Assembly: GCA_002269645.1 (NCBI GenBank)
Contig: NIVC01000684.1
Span: 62,001 to 126,000, forward strand
From: Macrostomum lignano
Lineage: Eukaryota
DNA: 64,000 nucleotides
Reading direction: 5' to 3'
A model generated the notes under the pieces. That model was not told the DNA's origin and searched no databases. It saw nothing but the letters and a program-made list of their open reading frames with translations. Shown piece after piece: positions 21,347 through 32,555 of the stretch. The translations under genes were made by a program, and so were the position numbers. Position 1 is the stretch's first letter. Each line of letters begins with the position of its first letter.

Positions 21347-21913
21347 CTATTTCCTGGAAGCATTGATGTCGTCATCGTCCTCGTCTGCATCGAGAAGTTC
21401 TAGCAGCTCTGAAATGAAGGCATTGAATTGCGTGTGAGTTCAAGTCACAAGGTGTCAAAAATTTACAGTAAGCTGGATATATGGATATGCAATTGTAACT
21501 TAGCTTGAATCTTAAGCTTCTACCCTGTAAAATGGAATCTACTTGGGCATTGGGGACTTATCATCTGTTTTAGCTCGTAAAACTATGAAAACAAATATGT
21601 TAAACGATGCAATGCATCAAGTCTATAGAAAGAGTAAATTTTATTGTTTCTTTAAACTGTAAACAAGGTTAGGGATATCTAAACAAGGTACTCATTGGTG
21701 CGCCCTCTCCCAGGAATCAAATCTTGGTCATGCCTCCCTAGCTATATAGTTCCACACACCTTCTTGCATTGTTCAAGAAACGCGGTAACTAACTATACTG
21801 ACCAAGTGGAGGTCCGGCGCTATCGCACAGCAGGTCATCATTGACACTAGCATCCTCCACTGAGCCGCCCGATGCAGCTGAGGGCGGCTGCTGGGTTGTG
21901 GCTTCATCTCTAT
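21347..21913 (-). CDS. Last two coding exons of an unidentified minus-strand gene: join(21913..21803,21408..21347)
   Basis: Acceptors cctgcag and ttcatttcag, donor G|GTCAGT; both junctions are phase 1. Gives an open acidic peptide ...RDEATTQQPPSAASGGSVEDASVNDDLLCDSAGPPLELLELLDADEDDDDINASRK*. Upstream exons not found. Confidence 0.55.
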
Positions 21914-22440
21914 CTGCAGGTGTGGTGGTAGCAATAAAAAATAAGGCTTGTAATTAGGAAATCAAAATGGAACTTACGAGAACTCTAAGTACCTATAATT
22001 AAGTACCTATACTCGATACTACTATCATTTAGTGAATGTGTTAGGTTTAAACGTTTATACAATAACCTAAAAAACAGGGCGCAGCTTAAGGTACGATCGC
22101 TTTAATTGTTTCTTAAAAAATTGTGGAATGCTTATTTTACCGAGATTAGATGGAGAAATAGTATTTCGTTCCTTCTAAGTCTAGAGCATAGATAGTGACA
22201 TGAACAACTGTAACTTCAATTAGATATGAAGTAGCTAATTAATATTGTGAGAACCAATCGAGACTTCTCAAAATTCTACCATAGCAACTATACAGGCGTC
22301 CCGTCGTGTTAAATTTATTGGTTCTTTTGTAAAAAACAGATATATCCATCGTTGAAAACTAAAAAGTACTTGAGGAAGCTACGATTTAAGCTACTACTAT
22401 ACCTTTTTGCTTCCTATTTGGTTTTTACTGCGTCCAATTT

Positions 22441-25400
22441 GGTGCGTTGCAAATAGCCCAGCAGAAGTCATGTTCACCATACGCTCGTAGACTAAGAACT
22501 GAAGTCACCGAGAAATTTGGTTTTTTTCGCGACCAATTTGGTTTATTTCACGTCACGTATGCATTCACTATCCTCTCTCTGTCCACCAGACGGATTTTAG
22601 CGTATGGTCCTCTCTGCGCCGTTATTTGCTTTAGCTATGCCTTCCAGCTATGGCCCAAATTGCTCGCAGTTAACCCCGAGGATGCGGGTGGCCTGCTCTG
22701 CAGGCCATAGCTCATGGTCTATGGCTTGCGAATCATTTCGATGCTGTTTCGAAAAATAAGTCTACATAACCGTAGCTTGCGGCTTTGGCCTGCTGAGCAG
22801 ACCATGACTATTTTCTATACAGAAAACATTTTGTAGAACACAGTCAACGAGTTTTTCTATCTGATGTAGTCATTTTTAATAAGAAACATTAAAAATCAAG
22901 AACATAAATTGCTATAACGTATGAACAATGTTTACATGTAACAGCTAAACAGTAACAATAACATAACCTGTTTATAACTAGATGGCATATTATGCATAAA
23001 TTCGGTTTCCCGCTATAAATGTTTTGCTGGATTTTCAGGCATTAATACTGCCCAATATGCTTTTAAACCTGCGTTACTTTTTTCGGGCCTTTCCAGATTA
23101 GGAATTTTTAGACTATAAGTTTAAAAGAATCCGGAAAATAATTTAGAGCGAGAAACCGAAGTTATGCCGCATATTGTTTGTCAATTAAAAATGAGCTGCC
23201 TTTGGCTTTGAAAACTAAAAACAAACTTAAGTTACACCTGAACGGCATGCCAGTCGGCAAAGCAGGGGGCTGCGATCAGTCCAGGGTTGCCTTCACATGA
23301 GCCGCAGCAGAAGACGGTTTTCTTGGCCTGGCCGTTCTTGTAGCACTGCCTGCACCGCTTCGTTGGTCGGGCTTGCGCTTCGGTGGCTTCAATGCGCTTC
23401 AGCGAGTGCTGTTGGTGAGCCACTGCTGGCTGCTGCTGTGCCCGAGCAGCTCTTACGCGACCTGGTCCAGAGGAGTTGATAAAGTTCTTGATGATGGTCT
23501 CCAAAAACTTTAAAATCTCCAGTGTACCTCCGCACGATCGGTACACAACCCAGGCATTTCTGGCCAGTACAAGAAAAAGGTGCGCGCCGAGCTTTGTGGG
23601 CCACTTCTGAGTCCGCCGGCATGGGTTGTATGGCTGCAAGGCAGAGTCCAGCCTGTCGACACCACCCATAAATTTATTGTACGACACAACTGTCTGTTGC
23701 TTCTGCTGGATGATCAGTTCGTTTCGCACGATTCGGTGAACAGGGTGAAGTTGGGCTACGCCTTGCGTGTCAAGGAAGTAAACTTTCTTTAGGCCCGAGC
23801 TCTTCCTGTCAACTATTTTCAACGCTAGCACGTTTCCTTTGCGCATAAACATGTAGCTTGGAGCTTGGTTTCCCTGGATACCACGAAGGCCATCTGGGAC
23901 ACCGCGATCGGCGCGAACTGTGCATGTCAGCATGGTGCTCCGCTGCAGCAGATACATCGCAAGACGATAAGATCCGAACCAGCTATCACAGAAGATGTGA
24001 TAACCTAAACCCAATACGTACCTAACTGCCTCCACCAGGACTTTCTCACTCAGAGACAGCCCCCCACACCCGAGACCTTGACCGAATCGCTCATTCTCAG
24101 CTCTACTAGAGTGCACTAAGAAGTTGCTGACGTAACCGGATCTAGCTTCGCAGAGACAATACCGTTTGATGCCATATCGCGCTTTCTTGGATGGAATATA
24201 TTGACGAAACATGACGCGTCACCTGAACAGAACAAGCTCTTCGTCGACACTAGTTTCTTTTTCTGGCATGTACACACTGCGACATATCTCAGCTACACGC
24301 GTAATAAATGGTCTTGCCTTTGCTAGCGGGTCGTTTCCATCGAAGTTGTTACAGTCATAGAAGCGCAGCTGGCTACTGATCTATTGGTACCTGTCCCTTG
24401 TCAGGCAAGCGAGTTGTTGGAAGAAATGTGTTGCGTAGAAATCATCTTTGCTCCAATAGTTGGCAATCTCGGGCTTTTTAACTATTCCCATGTAAAGCGA
24501 CATGGCGACAAACTTCTTCATCTCGTCTACGGTCACGTCTTTCCACGCAGAGAACCTTTGAGGCAGGTTTGGCATCGATGCTTGTAGCTCGTCGAATTTG
24601 TGCCACGCTCGCGCATTGGTCCAAGCGCAGAGCTGTTGCAGCAGGTCAGCAGTCAGAAACAGCTTGAAAAATGCAGCTGGATCGTCATCGGCAGTCTCTG
24701 GCCTCGGTAAGTCAGGATCCATACCAGGCATTCCCAAGAACTCGGGCTCTGCATCTGGCCATTGATCCTGCCCAGCTTCCCGTGCCACCCAAGCATCATT
24801 TGGCAAGCCTCCGGCGTCTTCATTTGGCTGGAGATGCAGGTCCTCCTCTTCTTCATCTTCACCCTCGTCCGCTGTTAGCCAGCCTTCCTCCTCCTCTAGT
24901 TCGGAGTCGGTATCCGGATCAAATTGCACTTGAGCAGCCATGACAAACACTGTCCAACACTCGGAAAGTATTGCACTAAATAAAGCTTCTGATGATTTAA
25001 TTAATTAATTGGCCCTTGACTTTGATAATGTAGCTTCAAGCTTTCTTGATTTGATGAATCCCACAATTTTACTGTGTCATTTATACCCACCCACCCGTCT
25101 ATCCACCCCACTCCACTGAATGATTCCTGCACGGTCATGAGTGCGGGAATGACATCTGTACGAGTGCGCGCTAGCGCACGAGTGCACGATGTCCTTCACG
25201 CACGAGTGAACGTGAAGGAATCCCATTGTCGGATGATTCATCGTGCAGGAATGCTCAAAACCGTGCAGGAATGCATTTCTGCGCCTAACGCTTTTTCAGA
25301 GAGATTTTACCATAGACATCCATTCCTGCACACAAAAGAGTGCAAGAATGCCATTCTTGCATGGAAAATCAGCCGACAATTTGTTTTTTGCTTTCATGTT

Positions 25401-25596
25401 TATCCTTTACTGCTACGAGTATAAGCTAATCCGCCGGCTATCGCAGGCTACGGGGGTGTAAAAAATATGCTGAAATAGTCTATGGCCTGCTGTTGTCTGT
25501 TGTCTGGCTGGATTTCTGTTGTCTATGGCTTTCTATGGTTTGTCTATGCAGAATATCTACTACGCTGCCACGTTAGACTGCTGACGGCCACGCACC
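22441..25596 (-). mobile_element. piggyBac-family DNA transposon (boundaries uncertain)
   Basis: Contains the transposase pseudogene; CTATGG(C) repeats cluster at both ends; inverted GCAGGCCATAG (22700-22710) / CTATGGCCTGC (25480-25490). Candidate termini are discussed under findings. Confidence 0.7.
23232..24950 (-). pseudogene. piggyBac (PGBD4-like) transposase with two in-frame nonsense codons (TAG 24383-24381, TGA 24221-24219)
   Basis: One frame runs throughout: acidic N-terminus, WKDVTVDEMKKF, YWS, SVDEELVLFR*RVMFRQYIPSKKARYGIK, IFCDSWF, YNKFMGGVDRLD, and a C-terminal Cys-rich domain (CRQC..CGSC..PCFADWH). Confidence 0.92.
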
Positions 25597-26734
25597 AATT
25601 TGAATGATGAAGAAACCAAATAGGAAGCAAAAAGGTATAATATATGGCATCGATGACAAGCAATAGAGTACTTTTACATTACGGTTGAAGTTTGGCCGAC
25701 TTAAAAAAATAATTACGTGGGGTGGCAGAAATTTGGAAAATGAATTTTTAAAAACTTTGCTTCGTAGCTTATTGTACGCCGGTGCAAATAAGGACCCACT
25801 TGACATGGACGTTAGGACGTTGGGTACGTCAGTATATAACGTCGTCGTACGTTGGAATGTTTTGTACGGGCATTAAATGCCTGGTAAAATTATTGTTAAC
25901 AACAGGATTAAGATTTGCGTGTACATAGAATTCAAGCATTATACTCGCAGTTGTGTTTAAAAGCCAAACTTCTACTATAAAAGAGGTTCACTTACTAAAA
26001 ATACTCAACGATGCAACGCAGTTGAAAAAAATCACTGCACCAATAAGAATTACTGTTGTTCGTAGTATCATCGCCAAAATCACGTGATCCTCAGCTATAT
26101 AATGTTAGTTTATCTCAAATTGCTTCTGCTCTTCCTCTCTTCGATTCTCAAAGTTTGAGTTGTCGTTTTTCTTGGCTACTTATTCGTAGCTCGATCATTT
26201 TATCTCAAATTAATCTTGGCCACAGCTGCATTCTGACAGACTGAATAATCCTGCGGATTAAAGCTGAACAATTTTGGCGACAGCTTGCAGCTCGTTGAAT
26301 AGAAAGCTTGGACCAAACGTTGCTGCACATAGCTCACTGTATACAAGTTTAAAAGCTGAATCCCAGGGGTACGTTGTACACAGGAATTTTTAGCTGCACG
26401 TTTGGAGATCGCCGTTCCATTTTGTCACCATGCAGCGCCGTGATTCTCAACGTTGCAATTAAGCAAAGCCATGACTCTTACGCGTAGACCGATCAACGTA
26501 TATGTACACTTCCGATGGACGTCTCTTAAGATGCGTATAATCTTACATAGCGCCGATTTTTGCCTCTTGTGAAATGTAATTATTGTTCAAATAAAGGTTT
26601 TTCTCCGCTGTTTTTGACACTTACTAAACAAAGTGTAGAGGTTCATAGAATGCTACTGTAAGTAGAACAATGCACACATGCGCAGCAAAACTTAAACTAT
26701 GAATCATGCAAGGACTACTCAAGTAACATATATA

Positions 26735-27341
26735 GTAGGACGTACACTCGAAATCTATGGTAAATGTTTGGAAGGCAACTTTTCGCCGAAAAATACACTA
26801 CAGAGATAGGAGGTTTTAATTTTTTCAGCACAAAAATTGTTATTGCTTTTGATAGGAGGCAGATCCAGTGTTCATCTTTTGATATGGTTGTGCCTTTCTT
26901 ATTGCTCTATCGATATTCATAAAGCTTTTCGTTCAGAAATAGTTTTAAAGGCAGGTTCACCGGAAAAATACACTACTCAGATATGAAATTTCACGACTTT
27001 CAACACTAAAACAGTGATTGGGTCTCTTAACAGTGTCAGAGAAAGTCCTATCACACTATTTTGTGCCTCACATGCTGCTCTAACGACGCATTAATCGATT
27101 TTTCATGTTAAATTGGTCTGTCACTTTAAAAAAACGTTTAAAATAATGACAAGACCAATTTAACATGAAAAATCGATTAATGCGTCGTTAGAGCAGCATG
27201 TGAGGCACAAAATAGTGTGATTAAAGCAATAATTATTTTTGTGCTGAAAAAATTAAAAACTCCTATCTCTGTAGTGTATTTTTCGGCGAAAAGTTGCCTT
27301 CTAAACATTTACCATAGATTTCGAGTGTTGCGTCCTTCTAC
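26735..27341. mobile_element. Palindromic MITE with TIR arms of about 115 bp and a nested perfect hairpin
   Basis: 26735-26850 is the reverse complement of 27222-27341 with few mismatches; the right end is followed by TTAA; same family as 7624 and 12540. Confidence 0.8.
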
Positions 27342-28346
27342 TTAAATTGTCCTTGGAATCATGCTACTACGAGCGTATTTATAACGAAAAAATGACTCAC
27401 GTTACTATTTATAACGAGAGAATGAATCATGTTACTATTCATAAAGAAAAGATTAGTCATGTTACTATTTATAGCTCGCAAAAATTGTGTATAAAAAGAA
27501 GCGAAAAATCCGAACTGAAACCTCAGACTCGGAGCCGCCTCCAAAGATCTTGAGCTTGCTTTGAGCAGCTAAGCGAGGCTACATCTCTGATGGAAATAAA
27601 TACCGTTTGTGTTCGAGTTTTCGTTATTTAATCATTGAGAGCGTGTTATTGCCGGCCGTTACTGATTAGTTGAATTACTGAGTTTATTGAATTTGAGGCC
27701 TCCCTATTCCTAAGGGATTGGATGGGCTCTGCGGACCGATTCCGATACTCTTAGAGGATTATTGATTTGATTGATTTTGATACCCTAGAGTAACCGATAG
27801 GGCGTCGGATTTTATTTGAATTACTTGTTTAAATTTAACCGTACATGTAAAATACTACAAATGAAAACAAAATATAACGGATGGTAGAACAGAAACAGCC
27901 AATAAGCATCCTGAATATTTGTTAGGTTATTATAAACTTTAACTTTCTGTGGTTATAAATTTTTTGTTGATAATTTAACTGTCATTTAGAGCTTTATGTA
28001 ATAGTTCTTAGATGTTTATGGTTAGTATGGAAGTTTTATGCATGAAACTACTAAGGTAGCTAAATTAATAGTAAGAAAGTGTTGCACTCTCAAATCATGT
28101 CGCGAAATTCCAGAAATTTTAACTTATAAATTGTGTACTCGGTTAAAAAAAATAAATTTACAAACATTTGTTATACGACGATTTGAAAGTGCAAGAAGCT
28201 CTCAATCTTGGTTGCGACTGCGGGTGTATAAAGTTTGTTGCTGTGCAATAATTAGAGTGATCGTTCGCACCGCCGTTAAAACAAGCCAATAAGTCGTGCG
28301 AAGGATGTACAAGCCTCTGTAACTGTTCAGTCTACTAAAGAGCTGT

Positions 28347-29815
28347 TTACTGGAAGAACACAATCAAAACAATCAACGTTGGGACCGCCACCCGACTGAA
28401 ACTGGCGGATTTAGCCATTCCGTTGCCACTTTCGTAGCTATTGTAGCTGTCGATTGTGTGTCTGTATGGCGATGGACCGATGCAAAACTTGTCGGACAGC
28501 GGCATCATGCAAATGTACCTGTGCTTGGCTCGGCAACTCTCGCTTACAAACCTTCCCTCAGAGTAGATGACGCAGCGGCAGGACAGTAACTCGCGTTTGC
28601 AGTCACCTGTCGATTCTACGTTACTGAGGGCAAAGATAAATTTCACATACTGAGAATTTAGTCAGTCAGTCAGTCAATCAGTCAGTCAGTCAGTCAGTCA
28701 GTCAGTCAGTCCGCCAGTCAGTCAGTCAGTCAGTCAGTCAGTCAGTCAGTCAGTCAGTCAGTCAGTCAGTCAGTCAGTCAGTCAGTCAGTCAGTCAGTCA
28801 GTCAGTCAGTCAGTCAGTCAGTCAGTCAGTCAGTCAGTCAGTCAGTCAGTCAGTCAGTCAGTCAGTCAGTCAGCATCATGAAAAGCAAGGTCACTCACTA
28901 GGGAATCTCGTAGCCATTAACGTACTCGTACTTAAAAGTCGACTCCGAAATCAATGAATGATTAATTCCCACCCAGTGGGGATGTTTAATCGTCTCAACT
29001 GAGCCGAGCAAGGACAGGCAGCTCTTTAAAGACTCATGAATGTGGTCCTTCTGATAAATGCCATGGCTTAGCCAGCCGCGGCCGAGGCGACGGCAGGCTC
29101 TTTCGGCTTCGGCCCTTGTAGCGACTGTCTCCGGGTGAAACGGGACACCATAACAGCTGATTCCGGTGTCAAACCAGCCTGTGGGGCACCTGAACATGTA
29201 AGATTGAGCCGCAAACAGTTAGATATGCTACTGAAGAGCTCACCAAATCTATTGTTTTGTTTACCCTGTAAAAATTCATTCGCATTCCTCATCTCTACGA
29301 TAGTAAAAGTCATGGACAATTCACCTTTTAAATGGTTCCGCCTCTACAACTAGTCCAGTGGATAGTGCTTCTGGAAATGTTTTCGTTGTAAACTTCACGG
29401 CAAATTCGCTGCCGACCGTGACGAACTGGAAACTGTCGAGCAGTGGTGTATCCGAAGTCAACGACGGTTTGACAATGTCTGATGTAGATGTATAACCAGG
29501 CACGGAATTGTAGAACTGAGCAGTGGCTGAGTAGGCCTTCAAGCTCGCGTTGACAACTGAGACCAGCCAGCGATACTCCGAGGCGTCAGTGCCGCTGTAC
29601 TTGATGCCGATTTTGCATTCCTGATTCGGGTGCAGATATTTGTACAAATAGTGCTTCAGATGCAGGCGAATGGTCTCGGAAGTTTGATACACTTGTATTT
29701 TCGAACTCTTCTCGCAGTAGTAGGTTGTGGTAGCATGCATCTGCTGGCTGAGGGAACACGAAACAATAAAAAGGATGACAGTCTGAAGGGCAAACTTCTT
29801 CCAAGTAGGCGCCAT
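28347..29815 (-). CDS. Surface protein A: signal peptide + CUB-like domain + C-type lectin-like domain + hydrophobic (GPI-like) tail; join(29815..29325,29189..28899,28623..28347), 352 aa
   Basis: Both introns are GT-AG and phase 2. CPTGWFDTGISCY..ACRRLG..WVGIN..CVIY..C..KHRYIC is the CTLD pattern. The N-terminal domain has C..YLHPNQEC..FAVKFTT..STGL, which is CUB-like. C-terminus VAVPTLIVLIVFFQ. Confidence 0.85.
28661..28873. repeat. (GTCA)n tetranucleotide microsatellite in intron 2 of gene A
   Basis: About 50 near-perfect units. Confidence 0.98.
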
Positions 29816-32555
29816 CCTGTTGGGAAACTTAATTTTTATTATACCCTGCTGTTCTCGAGTGGTTTGAAGAGTTGAAAATGTTTGCTTTGTTTTGGTACAA
29901 AGTTTGGCTCAGAATTTGCTTCTGGGTGCTTGGACTCTTCTTTTTTATAGTGCTTTTTAATTTAAGAAATTACGTAGTATACGGTTAAAGTGCCAGGGTC
30001 ACAAGTACCCACAAATAATAATGCTCGCAGGAGGGTTGTAGGTAGGCGCAACGCTTTCAGCGACATCGTCTCACAACCGAGGCACGCACTTATACACACG
30101 CTCACTCAGGGTGTACAGCGACCCTGCGTTTCTAGTTGTCAAGCATGTACACTCGTGTGCCTTGCGGGTTGGCCCTCATGCGTGTAAGAGGTCGTGTAGC
30201 GCGTGAGTCAGAGACGCGCGTTTACCGCTGGACTGCTCTGTCTCAAGTATCCGTGTAAGCACTGGAAAAGCGCATACATCGGAGCAGAAAAAACAGCGAC
30301 CTCTATTCGCCTCGACCACAGTTATCGAAGCAGACCAGCTCCATTCAAGCCGACCTAAATGCCCAAAGAACAATAGCGAAGCTAAAATTTGTGGAGGGAG
30401 CCATTCCACGGATTGCCAAGGCGGCGAGACCAAGTTTGCACAGATTGACAGATGGGCGCAAGAAGAAGAGATACGAGCTACATATGGCAAACTAATAAAT
30501 GGAATAATAGAGGCCAACCGCGAAGAGTAACTAAGCGTGACCAGACTATAGCATCCAGCATCCATTCTAGGCGAGACATTTAGATAAGGCGATGCGGTTG
30601 ACAGTCGAGGAGAAGCAGGTCGAGCGCGCCAACCCCCCAGGTCAACCCCCCAGGAGCATAGCAACCGAAAGGGTGGACCTGGGGCCGACGCGTACTAAAG
30701 GACGGCAAAAAAGACATAAAGACTGACCTCCCCTAATCGCTTTAACTCACCCAAAACAAAACGGCTAACCTCAACAAATCTACCTCGCCCCGTCCGTAGA
30801 AACATTAGTTTAACGGTCTTGCCTGTGATAGGAATGAGTATGTGTTTTATGTGTTAGTTGCTTATGCTTAGTGTAAACTAAAAAGTGAAAAGACACACTT
30901 AAGTAAAGAAGATTCGAACACAGCCAATGACGATCTTGGTTTTAAGTGTGCCCGTCACTGCACTCCTACCCCTCCCAGCCGCGTGCTTGCGTCAACCCCC
31001 CCCCCCATTCTGTCTGCGTCAGACCCCCCCCAGCTGCACCCACCCCACTGTCTGTATGAGCCAGCCGGTTTGGCTGGCTGCGGCCCCCCAGTGCGCCCCT
31101 CGCTCGCCCTGCGATTGGCTGGCGGTCCAATGTGTACTCTCACTCCTCCAATCGCGACCCCGGCGTGCTTTGTAACTTTTAAGACTCGTAACTTTGGGTA
31201 GCGATACCCCAGGGCTTAACCAGATAGCGTAAATATAAATGCATGCAGGAGCGGCGGTAGGGGAGGCCATCCTTTCGTGTCGATCTATACGCAGCTACAA
31301 GCTCTGTTACAACCAAAACTTAACTTACTCAGAAGCCAGTGTTTGCTCAGAATTATCGACAGAAGTTGAGAGAAGCCACCCCTGCCGCCGCCATCACTGT
31401 TGCGTGGGGATAAGAGAGTGAGTCGCGTGTCTTTATCATTTGAGGTACTGGCTGGGTTTAATTTGTGCCGTAGGGACGGGCTGATCAAGTCTCCTGACGC
31501 GATCCCATGCTCAGAGTCCGAAGTCAATCCGGCCAGTCTTCGGGCTCGTCCACTGAGATAACTAGAGTTGCGGTCCAGCTTAGCACAAAATATGCAAGCT
31601 ATAAGTACGAACTGTGTCTGGAGGCCAGAGACTGCATGCATCTAGGTATCGACTAGATAAGCTAGCACTATACATACACTTTTGTGTTCCCAACGATATT
31701 AACATTTTGGCGCCACAGGCACTCATTTTGGCACCAAAGGCGCCAAAGCAAATTTATTTTGCCACACTGAAGCAATTTCTTTGATTTTTTCAACGGGTCA
31801 CAAGGTAGGGCATTTCCCCATAGCTTTTACTGGAAAAGGGGCATGACAGGCCTGAGCAGGCACACAAGCACAGGCACAAAGAAACAGGAGTGCACAGCGG
31901 CCCTAACTTTGTTTATCGTTAGCATGTAACCCCAACAAGTTGATGTGACTGCACTTGGAATCGAGCCAGGGCCAATGGATCATCAAGGCGCCGCAATAGA
32001 AACTTGGACTACGGCCCGGCGTTAAACCATACGCATAAACAAACACACGCTAATTATTTAGATAATGTAATGCTCCTTTTCGGTGAACAAAAATCAACAA
32101 TTACCTATTGCAAACTACTTATACACGTATATTACAAAAATGAATTGAAACATAATTTTTGTGACGGCAATAAAAAAAAGAAACGGACGAAAAAACAACA
32201 TTGACTCGCCGAGAACCTGAGACTCAGCATCCATTAATTTAAGCTTCTTAATTTCTGTACTTTGCATGCCTTTGGGTTGGCACTTACTATAAAGACTATT
32301 AAAAGGACAACTTGTTATTGAAAGTGAAAAAACCAGGTGACCCCAGGGGCATAAGAAGGATTTTTGGAGGCTTTATTAGCACTAAAGGCTTTAGCACCAG
32401 GAGCTTTAACACCAGGGGGGGGGGGGCTTTTTTCCAGGCGATTTATAAGTGGCTACCCAGGGTATCGAAAAGTTTCTAGACAAATTTGGCTAAAAAACTT
32501 TTACAAAATCTTCATATCGATATTGCGCTCAACAATCTAACCTAAAACTTTCAAC

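Noticed and set aside
24219-24383. Programmed readthrough of the two transposase stops
   Set aside because: Both are explained as single-base changes from conserved-type codons (e.g. GGA to TGA in FRGR); simple decay is more parsimonious.
26056-26450. Possible upstream exons for the orphan gene at 21.3-21.9 kb
   Set aside because: The minus-strand frames I translated contain stops, and I found no phase-1 donor/acceptor pair giving an open exon.
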